A stretch of 52,316 bases of DNA, filler included, from Squatina squatina (GCA_031763465.1; 2 parts of 2 records of this genome joined end to end with filler, not necessarily neighbours in it); one strand, 5' to 3'. Shown: positions 1 to 12,654, counted from the whole stretch's first letter. Numbers and translations are program-made. The notes: generated by a model not told the origin, from the sequence alone.

Positions 1-175
1 GCAACAAAGACATGGAGCTCGTCAATATGTCACGGAGTATATGCACCCAGAATCAACTACTATGAGAAGCTTTAGGGTGTGTGGAAGAAGTTTTACAACT
101 TGATCAAGAACACCAAGATAAAGCAGCATAAAAGCAGAATGGCTTCTATCAAGAGGAATCAATATCGAGGTTAAG
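1..175 (+). pseudogene. Decayed Myb/SANT-like DNA-binding ORF fragment, probably from a PIF/Harbinger transposon
   Basis: Joining frames across frameshifts gives ATKTW...VTEYMHPESTTMRSFRVC/WKKFYNLIKNTK, resembling the W...R[ST]xxQCxKKFxDLxxxxK motif of Harbinger-associated Myb/SANT proteins (recalled motif). Stops and frameshifts present. Confidence 0.4.
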
Positions 176-742
176 TAAAATTTAAGTAATAATAAGCATA
201 AATTTAAAAAGCACAGGACCTACACAGAGAAATGAATATATTTTGAGGTGCTAAATCAGCATGTCTTGATATGAGGTGTGAAGCTAAATCTAAATAGTTA
301 TAGATATAAATGCACAAAATGCTGTGTGCAAACAGAGAAATGAATGATTTTCCAGATGCCAAATCAGACTGTCTTAATCCACGCTGCTCTTATTTTTATT
401 GGCTAAACTAGTACAAAATATAAGAGCATTCGGTACAACAGCTAGTGGGCTTCCTTGGGAGAAATTGCTAACTTCACAGTAACAGAGAATTATAGAGTTC
501 TCAGTGGTATGGATAGGATGAATCCAGAGTTAATAGGGAGAGAGACTCTCTTAACCATTGGGCCTGATGATTCTGGGCAGTTGTAAAGGTTGTCTGGTAT
601 GTATGATATTAATCAATATATTCTATGGTTTTCACAATATATTATGTCAACATATCCATCCATACTGATTGTAATGACAATGTAATATCCAACTGATAAA
701 TATACATATGTACTCAAAATATCCCATCTACTCTCTTCACAG

Positions 743-863
743 AACAAAGAGAACCAGCTGGTCTACAGCCTGCATCTGAACAGCACTGGCCACCAGAAAA
801 AAACATTACCACCCCAACAGACAAATATAATGCTACACTAGTACAGATGGGAGTTGAAGAGAG
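743..863 (+). other. Exon-like segment, possibly a second exon of the decayed Harbinger Myb/SANT gene
   Basis: Preceded by ctctcttcacag and followed by AG|gtgagc. One frame is open (EQREPAGLQPASEQHWPPEKNITTPTDKYNATLVQMGVEER); no host protein recognised. Confidence 0.25.
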
Positions 864-3640
864 GTGAGCAGGTGCAGTGCAGAAGCCTGACATGTTGCCT
901 GCCTTTCCTTAGTTATGTTGGGATATTTCCTTTGTTATCTTGATGGGCTCGCTCTTCAACTGAGGATGTTACAGAACATGAACATCCTGGGCAGTTATTT
1001 GCCTCCATACACTGAATACACACAGCAGTAGAAGGTGGTATGGATAGGATGAACCCAGCAGTCGTATTCAGCTTCAATCACTTCGTGAATGCTTATAAAC
1101 GACCATGAGGGTGAGATAAAAAGAACTCATACCTGTTCACTTTTCTGTGCTCAGAGAAATCAATGGGTATGGTGAGGATATGCCCTCCAGTGGCTTGTAT
1201 GGAGAAGCACAACAACAGTTGGTTACCACTCACGTCATGACTGTTCTGTGCCATTATAAAGCACTGGACAAGTGACTGCAGGTCAGCCTCTGAAAGCAGT
1301 GAGCCTCAAGTGACTTGAGGAAAGGAGACTCCTGGCACTGCTTCAAATGCAATAGGGGAGTTACAAATACAGGCAGTGGACCGTCTGGATCTCTTGCAGC
1401 TTGTCAGGTGAATTAAGAGCCATCCTCATCTCAGTCCTAAATGGCTCACCCCGTATCCTTAGGCTGTGACCACTGTCATTTCGGAGCATGGCCCCAATAC
1501 AGGGTGCACGNNNNNNNNNNNNNNNNNNNNNNNNNNNNNNNNNNNNNNNNNNNNNNNNNNNNNNNNNNNNNNNNNNNNNNNNNNNNNNNNNNNNNNNNNN
1601 NNNNNNNNNNGGGTAATCTCCCTAAAGGACAGTAGTGCAGCATTCCTGCAAAGAGGCTGAGGTCTAAAAGCTAAGTGCCAAAGTCACTTTTGCAGACACT
1701 GGCAATGCCATACATTTTGCAGCAAATCAGAATATGGCATGTGGCACAACTCTACCACTGCCTCCCTGGTAAATCAGAAACTACACACACAGGATTCCTT
1801 GGATACATCCAGGAAAGTGCACCTCCATCAGTGTTTGTGGATAGGAGGATAACACTGGGTAGGTACAGTCATCCTGTGGTGCAGTCTCACCTGCCTGGCT
1901 TCACTCTATTACTCCTCATCTTCCTCCAAAAAACATACCAAAAATGATTGTTCAAATTTCTAGGACCTAAATATAACAGTGTCAGAACCTGTGATGCAAA
2001 GCGAAATAGGCAAAAAAGTGTTAACAGAAAGACTACAACTTACAACAGAATGCACTTATAAAGCTTCCTTCAAAAATATAGTTTGTCTTCCTCTGTCATA
2101 TCTGGTGTCCATCCCAGGAAATAGTGGGGACACTTTCCCTTCATTATAACATTGAAATTAAGCTTTGGCAGGGGCTTTCTGCTCCAGTGATGACACTAAC
2201 TGGAAATATATATCATGCATAGTATGACTAAAAATCTGGCATAACTGATCTTTGCCTATATATGCACTCCATTATGTCCCTATTATGCCTGTTGTGAGGC
2301 ATAATGAAGTAGAAAATTCTGACTCGTTGAGGTACAAACTGACAAAGCAGTCTGTTATACGTCCTACCAGGCTGGCTCCCCTATTTATGCATGCCTACTT
2401 TTTGGCTAAAATCAATACATACAGAAAAATAATTCCCCCCAAGTGAGATAATTAGAACTTATCAGCAGCTGTACTTAAACTGTAGTTGCTCTACTTTGCT
2501 ATTGCAACTATGTGAGATTAAGGATGTCACCAGCACAGCAAGGCCAGTTCAACACAGCAAGAAATGCTTTCAGAAATGCCAGCACAACCTTATGCTTATT
2601 TAAAATGAGGATATAAACATTCATTATCAGTAAACTGATAAACAAGGTTCTGGCTTTCTTTTTTTGCATTTCACTGTAGAGTATTGTGTTGTTCAACACC
2701 AGTTGGTATGGCAGTTACACCAGCTAGTCCGAAGACAATATCCAAGGTCCACGCAAGTCACAGAACTCCAGGGAGCAAATGGATGCACCAACTCTCTTAA
2801 GTGTATTCCTTATTTTGCATTTCATATGTATTTGCCACCACAGCAGCAGAGATATAATTCACTTCATCATCTGCTATTTGTAGATAAGGAGTGATCCAAA
2901 TGGCCAAGAGGGTGGACTTTAATTGCAAAAATATACTGAGAGGCAAATATTTCCTATTACGGTATGAGGCCAAAAAGTTGTTGGCTGTGATTCTAGTGAT
3001 TATGCGAGAATAGGCCCACTGGTGGTCTCCAGTGCTGACCCACTGGAGTTTGTGGGTCAATGGAGGGCACCTAATTGCAACATGACAAGAAGATGTAAGC
3101 ATCAGTTCTGGTGCACCTCTGGCGCTCACCAGTCCATGGCAGTAAGCAATTTCAGCTGAACTTAATGAATTGTATAGCTGTTAATTNNNNNNNNNNNNNN
3201 NNNNNNNNNNNNNNNNNNNNNNNNNNNNNNNNNNNNNNNNNNNNNNNNNNNNNNNNNNNNNNNNNNNNNNNNNNNNNNNNNNNNNNCTCAAACCCATTGA
3301 ATTCATAATGTCTTTTTCACCACTGCGTGGTCAGAACTGTGTAACAGGGCGTGTCCCTCCCCTTTCGATGTTTGTCTCTTTGCATTTGAAAAATGTGTGC
3401 TGGTTTTGGTGGAAGCCACTGTTCGATGTTTTTAAAGTTCAATCAAAGCTTTTGTGAATTATTGGAGCCTGTCTGTCTGCAATGTCCAGCAGCCTGTCAT
3501 TTTAACGTGCTTCTGTTATTTTAACATGTCCCGTGGCTGAGTCTGCAAAACTCAAACCACCATCTTAACAGTCCATCCACCATCTTAATGCTCATACTGT
3601 AGGCAGAAAACTGAGAATTCTCGCCAGAATTCTACATCAT

Positions 3641-3970
3641 TGATGAAGCAGCTGAAGATGGGCCTAGAACACTGCCCTGAGGAACTCCTGCAGTAATATC
3701 CTGGTGCTGAGATGGTTGGCCTCCAACAACCACAAACATCTTCCTTCATGTTAGGTATGACCACTGCCAGTGAAGAGTCTTCCCCCGATTCCCATTGGCT
3801 TTAATTTTAGTAGCCCTGCTTGATGCCATACTCACTCAAATGTTGCCTTGATGTCAAGGGCAGCTCACTTCTTGAATTCAGCTCTTTTGTCCATTGGCTG
3901 TAATGAGGTCTGGAGCTGAGTGGTCCCGGTGTAACCTAACTGAGCAGCGGTGAGCAGATTATTGGTAAGC
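3641..3970 (-). mobile_element. Non-LTR retrotransposon RT fragment (CR1/L2 group), decayed
   Basis: Reverse strand reads approximately LTNNLLTAAQ..DHSAPDLITA..TKELNSR..ALDIKATFE..WHQAGLLKLKPMGIGGR..SYLT..MFVVVGGQPSQHQDITAGVPQGSVLGP..FSCFIND, which carries the RT motifs LDIKxAFD and GVPQGSVLGP. Confidence 0.85.
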
Positions 3971-3974
3971 CAGA

Positions 3975-4332
3975 AGAAATTAACCAGCAACTAACCTAAG
4001 TTGATGATCACTTTAAATTGCACTGGTGGGGAATCTTTCCTGCTGCTTAACACGTGTTCAGCTGTGTGTGGTTGAGGGAGGTGTTGACTTGAGCGTTGAG
4101 CTCCAAAATGGCAGCACTGTCGTCAAATCACGTTGCACGTTGTTTGATGTTATGTTCTACCTGTTCTGCATACTTCCTGTGGATGTTAACTGCGTGCGCT
4201 AATACCTTTACCAAGATGGCATCCGGATCGCTTTACATCAGAAGGGTGGGTGCCTGCCGCGAATGCCATTTTGGAACCTTAAGGGCACTCAAAGCGCCCA
4301 AACAATGTGTGCTACCGAGCTCAATTTCTCAC
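3975..4332. mobile_element. Non-autonomous DNA transposon (MITE-like) remnant
   Basis: GC/CpG-richer block with caaaatggc / caagatggc motifs, ending in ctcaatttctcacc, like other MITE ends in the window. Confidence 0.4.
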
Positions 4333-4980
4333 CCATTGCTTCCGAAATTAAATTGAATTAAAACTTGTTATTTGCCATTTAGTAGGCCTGAGTCTTTTGA
4401 GGATTCATTGATTTTTATAACGATATCTGTAACATATAATGCAGAACATTTTTCCTGTTTTACTGCAAGGGCCTGCATCAGGAAAAGACACTAACAATAT
4501 ATTTTGAAATTCTAACATTAAAAATATTCGACTTGTAAAAATTTATTACTCTAGATTCACATTTGACCATCTTTTTCTTCCTTTCTTTTGATTTTCATGC
4601 TGCGTTGAAGCTGTAAGGAAACTTGTCAGTTTCAATCAATCTCAAGGCACTGCTCCACCAGTTTTACACGCTTTCTCCAGTTAAACCTAATATCATTGAT
4701 CAATACCTTTTAAATCTTCTAACTTGCATTTTTTGTCAGCACGCAGACATTGCAAGCAATCAGAAATGTGAGTATTATATCAATGATCAAAGGTAGTGGA
4801 CCATTATCTACTCCTACTTTATTGTAAGTCAGAGTTATTTAACGGCAAGCCTTTTCAGCTTTTGGCACTATTAATGACAGNNNNNNNNNNNNNNNNNNNN
4901 NNNNNNNNNNNNNNNNNNNNNNNNNNNNNNNNNNNNNNNNNNNNNNNNNNNNNNNNNNNNNNNNNNNNNNNNNNNNNNNN

Positions 4981-5215
4981 TAAAAAACTTGGAAATATCA
5001 TTTGGACCTGGTAAAATGCTGCTTAATAGCTTGAAGCAGCTTCCTAACTATCACAATTGCCTGACATGTCGCTTAGTGCCGGGTCTGCAATCCACAATTT
5101 GGAAATTCACAAGTAGGCGGGTTCAGAGCCGACTTCACCCTGCAGTCAATCACGGCCATTTTGACAGTGGGCCCTCCTCCAAACTCACACTCGCAGCACT
5201 GGTAAGATTCCAGCC
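4981..5215. mobile_element. MITE-like DNA transposon end
   Basis: CpG-containing block starting at a gap and ending gtaagattccagcc (reverse complement GGCTGGAATCTTAC), a Harbinger-like terminal motif. Confidence 0.4.
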
Positions 5216-6486
5216 ATATATACAGATTTCATTTGAATCTTAGAAATAGGATAAGTGTGCTGGACGTACCTTTGTAATAATTCTTCATCAAAACAGCATG
5301 AGTCCTACCATTGTATGCTGTAGTAATACTGTAGATGATTTGAATGAATTGCCAATTAATTCACACTTTGTTGACTTTATGAAATGTGTCTATCATGTGC
5401 ACCAATACTAATATCAAAAAACCTGGCAGGTTTTTGCATCACAAGAAAAGCTGGCAAGGTTTCTCACTTCTAAATTCATTCTGCTCTTTCATTGTTACTC
5501 TACTACAAAGTGATAGAAGTCAATTCTTCTTGTCAATGGAAGTAAATGCTTCCTATATATAGATGCCTTCCTTTAGAAAAAGACCTCTGTTATTAGGTTA
5601 AGAAATACTCAAGCTCAACATCAGAAACTTAAAATAAGAGACTGAAAGTACAAAAACTATTTTTGTTTTCAGGTAAGGCACAGTTACTATACAATGTTTG
5701 TAACTAGCACGATGGACTATAATAATTTTATCAGCCCCCCAACCATTAGCACATAGACTGTTTCGGACAATTAAATATGGAAACAGCACACTGTTTAAAG
5801 GAACTAAAGTGTCACATGAAGTACTCACAGAACCACCTTTTTAGGCAGAATTATAGTATCTCATTTGTTTGGAGACAAAAAGCATTAGCTTTAACATTGT
5901 GTTGTTGTTCCTGGCATCTGAACATATTTAATCATAAAATCTGTCTCTGCCAGTGTCATTGTAAAACAAATGTTTTTACAGCTAATAGGTACTTTCATAT
6001 GTCAAGTTACAAAATCTAGCGGTTTAGAAAGTAAGTTCAGTGTGTCAGGAAAGCTGTAGATCACTAATGACTTGAATTCAGTTTGACTGTTCTCTTTTTT
6101 GCACTCTGTGGGATGTCAGAATATTTAATTCATGATGTTAAAAAGATCCTTAAATGTCAGAATAATTATGTCACAGCAGGCATTTAAANNNNNNNNNNNN
6201 NNNNNNNNNNNNNNNNNNNNNNNNNNNNNNNNNNNNNNNNNNNNNNNNNNNNNNNNNNNNNNNNNNNNNNNNNNNNNNNNNNNNNNNNGAACATGAGACG
6301 ACTGATATCTGGATCGTAGAGGTTATCAGAGCTGGTACCAGCTCTTTTTCATTAACCTCTTCAAATTAAAACAGTCTCTTGGAATGAAACAGACACAGTC
6401 CTGAATTTGGCACAATGAATGCTTAATGGTCCAGCCTTCTCCTGCCCCTTGGTAATAGAATGTTGTCTTGGCCAATATTCATCTCT

Positions 6487-6682
6487 CAAACAACATCATT
6501 AAACAAATAGATTATCTGGTCATTATCACATTGATGTTTGTGGGAGCTTGCTGTGCAAGCAAAATTGCCTGATGCGTTTCCTATATTACAACAGTGAGTA
6601 CTTTTCAAAAAGTACTTCATTGGCTGTAAAGTGCTTTGGGACGTCCTGAGGTTGCGAAAGGCGCTAAATAAATGCAAATCTA
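6487..6682 (+). mobile_element. Shark-type SINE 3' half (Deu-type core with L2-like tail; SacSINE1/AmnSINE-like)
   Basis: gattatctggtcattatcacattg..tgtgggagcttgctgtg..caaaaagtacttcattggctgtaaagtgctttgggacgtcctgagg..gaaaggcgctaaataaatgcaa; matches the copies at about 11.3k, 33.1k, 38.1k and 45.1k. Confidence 0.85.
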
Positions 6683-9227
6683 TTTTTATAATATTAAAAA
6701 ATATTTCTACTTCTATGAATCCTCTATTATTGTAATGGAGCATCATTTCACAGCATTGTAGTATTTTGACCTTTTGGGTTCTTTCATAAGAGGAAATATA
6801 TGTTGTTTTTGAATTTCAAACTAATTATGCAAAGAGGATTTTGAGGTGATGTAGAATGCTGGTAGTCAAGGAAACAAGGTCGGAGAGATCATCCTTTTGG
6901 ATTCACACTGCAACATAGTCCACTCTGTGGCATTTTTCAAACATAGTAAATAATAGAATTTCTCCTTCAGGTTTAATTTCTAGATCTGAAATTTAAGAGT
7001 TTTTAAATTTAAGTTAACATGTTACATTTCAATGGATTGGTAGCATGTGGGTTGGTGTCATGATTCCTTACACAATGAATTTGCAATCTCAGCTGTACCT
7101 TTTGAAGAATGTGTTGAGTTTAATCAAAGTACGGCTCCAGAAGGGGGGAAGGAATATTTGATGGAAAGTCAAATTTTTTTCTGAGGAAGTGGGCATCACT
7201 GACAGATACTGGGGGCCCAATTGGTCTGCACTGCATTTTAAATTAAGTTGACCAAAGTGGGTGTTTTTTATGCCCGATTTGCACTGATGTTTTAAGTAGC
7301 GGTATTGGAGTCTGAAAATATTTTTGGGGGCGGGCTCTAAANNNNNNNNNNNNNNNNNNNNNNNNNNNNNNNNNNNNNNNNNNNNNNNNNNNNNNNNNNN
7401 NNNNNNNNNNNNNNNNNNNNNNNNNNNNNNNNNNNNNNNNNTCCTGCTCCTATTTCTTATATTCTTATGTTATTTTTACTGAACATTAACTCTGTGGCAG
7501 CTTAATGAAATTCTGGTGCACTGATGCAAAAGCGTGCACAAAACACATCACTAAAGTTATTTGCTGGCATAAAATTGAACCAAATGGTGCTTTGTCTTAT
7601 GAAATGACACAGCTCAAAAAAAAGAGATTTGACTTTGTGATTTCTGAGCAGACCAGTATTCATCTTGTCCTGGAAATGAAACTCCCTCCCTGAATAAAGG
7701 ACAGCATAATAGCCATGCTGTAGGAAGGGAAATTGTTCTAGAGATCCTGTCTGTAATTTATACTGTTCCTGTAATTCTTTTGCGTGGCAATTTGCAGTTA
7801 AGTAATATTTGCTGAACAGAACACAACTAGTGAATTGCTGCCTCCTGCGCCTATTTCGATCCTGTATCTCTCTCCATCATGTCTACTCCTTCATTTGCAG
7901 TTAACGTAAGTTTTCAACAAATCCTCAGCAATAATATATAGTTTCTGTAACTGAATGCCATGAACACAATAGAAACAGAAAAGACCTTGAGCAAGGTTTG
8001 TGGCTTTGGAGGATGTTTGTGAATAAAACCCTTTGTGCCTCAGTCAGCTGCTAATCTGCCAGTCCCAGTGTATCATTAGACTTTCATTCCACCAGGATAG
8101 GCATGATAAACTTAGTGAAATGAAACAAGTAGACATNNNNNNNNNNNNNNNNNNNNNNNNNNNNNNNNNNNNNNNNNNNNNNNNNNNNNNNNNNNNNNNN
8201 NNNNNNNNNNNNNNNNNNNNNNNNNNNNNNNNNNNNATGAAACAAAATGCAAGCATGTTAAGGACTTATACTTACACCCTTTAGCCATACCACTGGAATG
8301 TGATTTTCAGTGTGTGTACCAAGGACACTGGCTTTTCCTCACTCTATTTTTTCACACATATGCACTAAAGTGCCTACAAATGCTCTTTTTAATATATACA
8401 GAAACTCTGTTGTGTTTTTCACTTCTTATGAGTTGTAAATTGATAAGCTTTTCTTTATCACAGATTTTATGTCACATGTCACAGAATTATCAAACAAAGC
8501 TATATTTCATTTGAAGGAACTCCTTTAACTAGCAAACTTCCAATTAACAGTCACCACATCTCAAGTGATTTAATCACCAATTAAACATAATGACCTTGGA
8601 GACTTGAACTGTAACAGTTTAAACACTCCTAGCAATGCACTGAGGCGGACAATCTGCCATTAAAATATATTAGCACTGGCAGTAAGCCAAGACGGTGAAA
8701 TGAGACTTTGTATGCAGTAAGTCAAGTGTATCTATTCCTAACACCACCTCCTCCGCTGACACCGCCCAATCAGTGTGAGCTGCAGCATATTCCCTGGACA
8801 TGCTTCTTGCATGCATCTTGTTACTCTTTAGCTTGCCTTAACTGTCTGATGAAATTAACCTAGCCCTGGCATAGTTTGAGTGTCAGTTTTATAGTTCAGG
8901 CCTATTGAAAATACATCATTCGTGTTACCAAACTGGTATTGTTCAGTTTTTAAAAATATTCAAGGTAGACTGGTCATTACAAGAAGTGTGGACAAGTCCG
9001 CGAGAGAAGAAAAGTCAAAAACTAAAGACAAAATCATCAAGCTATTCAAGATATTTTTACAAAAACATTTTTTATGAGCTATTTTTCTTTCTCAAGCAGT
9101 TAAAATATCCAGGAGTCAAAACAAAAGNNNNNNNNNNNNNNNNNNNNNNNNNNNNNNNNNNNNNNNNNNNNNNNNNNNNNNNNNNNNNNNNNNNNNNNNN
9201 NNNNNNNNNNNNNNNNNNNNNNNNNNN

Positions 9228-9290
9228 AGAAAAACAGAGTCAACGTTTCGGGTCGATGACCATTCGTCAGAACTGAAAAATGTAATGAGA
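9228..9290 (-). mobile_element. Penelope-like element terminal fragment
   Basis: Reverse strand ttttcagttctgacgaatggtcatcgacccgaaacgttgactctgttttt; homologous to 40515-40625 (+) and 35887-36025 (-). Confidence 0.65.
9238..9274 (-). ncRNA. Minimal type I hammerhead ribozyme motif
   Basis: Minus strand: AGUU (stem I) - CUGACGA core - AU - GGUC/AUC/GACC stem-loop II - C - GAAA - CG - UU cleavage site - GACU (stem I partner, one U-G pair). Helix III is reduced to the palindrome ACGU. Confidence 0.65.
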
Positions 9291-10305
9291 CAAATAATAA
9301 TCTGAAACGATTTAGCATGCTGAGACCTGTTCTTTGAGAAATGGCTGTACTTGGTAAAATTCCAACTTCAATTAAGAAGTCACCTCATATGCAACTTACA
9401 AAATGAAATAGGTATACAGGTCAATTCACTTCTAAAATAAAAACATGATTCATTGTAATTGTAGGTTTGTTTGCTTTACTGTAGAGGAGATCTGAGAACC
9501 TATTTGCTGTTAATGTTCCAGATTGCGATTATTGTTTCACAGAACAACAGCTATATTTCTAGTTGGTAACATTGTTTGCTACAATACATTTACCATTTTT
9601 TAATGCAAGAATCTTGGAAAATATTCCACAACAACTAACTCATGTAATCCAAGAGTGACTTTGAGGCTCGTGGATTATTTTGTGATTGGATTATTGCCGA
9701 ACATTTCCAAGTTTCTCTGATTGCAACCTTATATTCACAGTTTACGCTGTGAAAATACTGCAAGAAGAGAACAATTTCATCACTTTATTAAATGTTAAAC
9801 TTTTTCATTGGGCACTCACTTCTGGAAAGAACAGTAATACATGTGAACACCAACGGATGCAGCTCGACATGGCTAAACCTTAAGCAGCCTTGAGATTGAC
9901 AGGCTATATTGCTATGGTATGTTGCTGGGCCAAGCAGTGCGGGTTGTCATACTTAATAAACATTAGTCACCAGTCTTAATGTCTCTTACCTCTACATTTC
10001 AATAAAGTTCATAATTTTCCAAAACAAATATAATGCTTAATTACAAAAGTGAAATACTGCGGATGCTGGAATTTAGAATACAAACAAACACCAGGACAAG
10101 TACATCCTCCCTGGTGGATTTAGATAGTAGGTTTGTGGAAAGAACATTTTTTGTTTGTATAATGCTTAATTATATAGTTAAACAAATATTACAAATTTGT
10201 TTGGAGAATTGTTGTTGTCCATTTATTTAATCATTAAGCATTTCCTTCTTATGATGCATCTGGGGAACTTATTTATTTATAGTTTTCAAGAGAGAAATTC
10301 TTTAG

Positions 10306-10495
10306 TGTGGTTAGAGTTCAAACATCAGGGGACATAAGTGAAAAATGAAGAGGTTTAGGAATAAGAAGAGATAACAATTTTTCTTACACAAAGTGTAATA
10401 GATCTGCGCAATACATTACCACAGAAGGTCACTGAAGTGGACAGTATAAATTCTGTATGGGAAATTCATTTGGTATATTTGTAAGCGTGGTGAGG
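10306..10495 (+). mobile_element. CR1 LINE ORF2 3' end, decayed
   Basis: acatcaggggacataag..tttttcttacacaaagtgtaatagatctgcgcaatacattaccacagaaggtcactgaagtggacagtataaattc corresponds to the TRGH..FF[ST]xRVxxxWNxLPxxVxExxSIxxF C-terminal motif. Confidence 0.7.
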
Positions 10496-11299
10496 NNNNN
10501 NNNNNNNNNNNNNNNNNNNNNNNNNNNNNNNNNNNNNNNNNNNNNNNNNNNNNNNNNNNNNNNNNNNNNNNNNNNNNNNNNNNNNNNNNNNNNNNTTTTC
10601 CAATTTTATTCTTGCATATTTTATTGGTGGAACAAAATCATTATGCAAGACTCCTCATAGCAACCTGTCCATTCTGACCCCAAGGGAGTAAAGCAATAAA
10701 GAATCCTGCTGATCTAATTGTCACTGTTACTATAGCAACTCTTATCCATCACACAAAGTAAGATTGAATTTTACACTGATGTTGCCACCTAATTACATGA
10801 AAATGTGATCTATGTTTGCGTTCAGTTAGTAGTCAGGTGGACGTGCTTTGTACAGTTCAAACAAAAACGTGTACCAAGTTCTAATTTCTCAAATACATAA
10901 TTTATGAATTTCATACTAGTGATGCTTTGATGCATTGAATTAGTAATCTCCATTACTGTTCATGCCATAAACAGTTATTTAACTCTGCGTTCTTGGTCAG
11001 TGCTATCAATCATTTTATTCTTGTCTGAATGCTACAGAAATACTCATGGAATTATGAGTGTATCTATTGTATTTTACTGATGTGTTGGTGTGCCTTCTTA
11101 GTGGCAAGCTGACAGCGGCAGATTCTTCTCATCAAAATATTCATACAAATACCTGATAAAAGTTATGGTAATTCTGTGGGCACTGATGGCTTCATTTACA
11201 TGATGCAATTTTGTTTCTAGAGGGCAGGGAGGTGGAGGGGTTTCCATGTGTATTATTGAGTTTTACCACATGAAATAATTAAGTGTGCTAGCTCCACTG

Positions 11300-11605
11300 T
11301 TTTCTAGACCAGGACATTCCTTTGGTGTGTACTGAGGCAGTGCAACATTTTCAAAGGTGCCATTTTTCAGATAAGATGTTAAACCAAGGTCCTATCTGTT
11401 GCTTGCTTCAAGTGTTAGTATTTGTCCACCCCCAATCAAGACTGCCAAAAAAAGGGATCTTGAGGGATCTTGCTGTGCACAAAATGGCTGCCACATTTTC
11501 TTGCATAACAACATTTCAAAAGTACTTCATTGTAATGTGAAGCGCTTTGAGATGTTTCTGAGGTAAATTATAAGGACCTACATAAATTTAAGTCTATTTT
11601 TCTTT
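11300..11605 (+). mobile_element. Old SINE copy (same Deu/L2-tailed family)
   Basis: tactgaggcagtgc..aaggtgccatttttcagataagatgttaaacc..gggatcttgctgtgcacaaaatggctgcc..caaaagtacttcattg..gcgctttgagatgtttctgagg. Confidence 0.8.
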
Positions 11606-12654
11606 AACTGTGCAAAAGATTGGATTAAATATTGCCTCAAAATATAAAACGTAATGGTATCTATAAACCGCCATTGGACCTATTAAATACAAGATTTTAA
11701 AAAAAGAAACAAAGATGTCTTTTTAGCCAAAATACTTCCAGACTTGTTTAAACTGCCACGTCTGATAAAGAAATTCCTGCAGGATGTTTTTATGCTTTTC
11801 CCTTTCTGAAAAAATGGATTGAGAAAGCAAAACAAAAACTCTTCACATCTAGAAATGAGAAAAAGAAAGTGATTTATTGGATTCCTCCTGAACAATAGAT
11901 TTTTTTAAACTGTGGGTGTCTGAGGGAGCACTTGTGCTCATTGTATCTTTTATTTGCTCTGAAAGCACAGCTTTCTGATTATTCCTGTTAGAAGCATCCT
12001 TGCACAAATCAAAAGCAACTTTCTTGTTACTTTCTGTTCNNNNNNNNNNNNNNNNNNNNNNNNNNNNNNNNNNNNNNNNNNNNNNNNNNNNNNNNNNNNN
12101 NNNNNNNNNNNNNNNNNNNNNNNNNNNNNNNNNNNNNNNTAGCAAGCTGGTGTGGCAGCAGGTAAGTATAAGAATGTTAGGTACAGTGAGATGACTGTCA
12201 GGTAGCTGTTGTGGATGGCACATGAATACTAAATTGTCACATTTCTGTGGAGAATTAGTGGCGAATGGGGCACATGAATTATAATGGGCCTACACTGAAC
12301 TGAAAATCTTCGACTAAGTCAACATGACGGTTATCAACAATTACTCTACTTTTGTTATATGAAAAACTAAGCACTGAAAGCAACTTGATCTTTTGGTAGT
12401 TCCATTTCGTGGAAGTTATATTTGCTGTTTGAAATTAAAATTAGTGCTGGCATTTTTTGCAATGCATAAATTTTAGTGTTCTATCACTTCTACCAATTAG
12501 GAATTTGGCAGTGTAATAAATATTTTGAAGATCTGTACAACGTAAAGTGCCTGGTGGATGAATCAGCCCTGAGAATCTGCCCTGGATAAATGGAGGGGAG
12601 TTTATGATGGATTTCTTTGTAATCAAAATAAAGATTTCTATTAATAGTTTTAAA

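Noticed and set aside
1-130. TPR-like peptide EALGCVEEVLQLDQEH in frame 3
   Set aside because: Bounded by stops on both sides; the Myb/SANT reading in the other frames explains the segment better.
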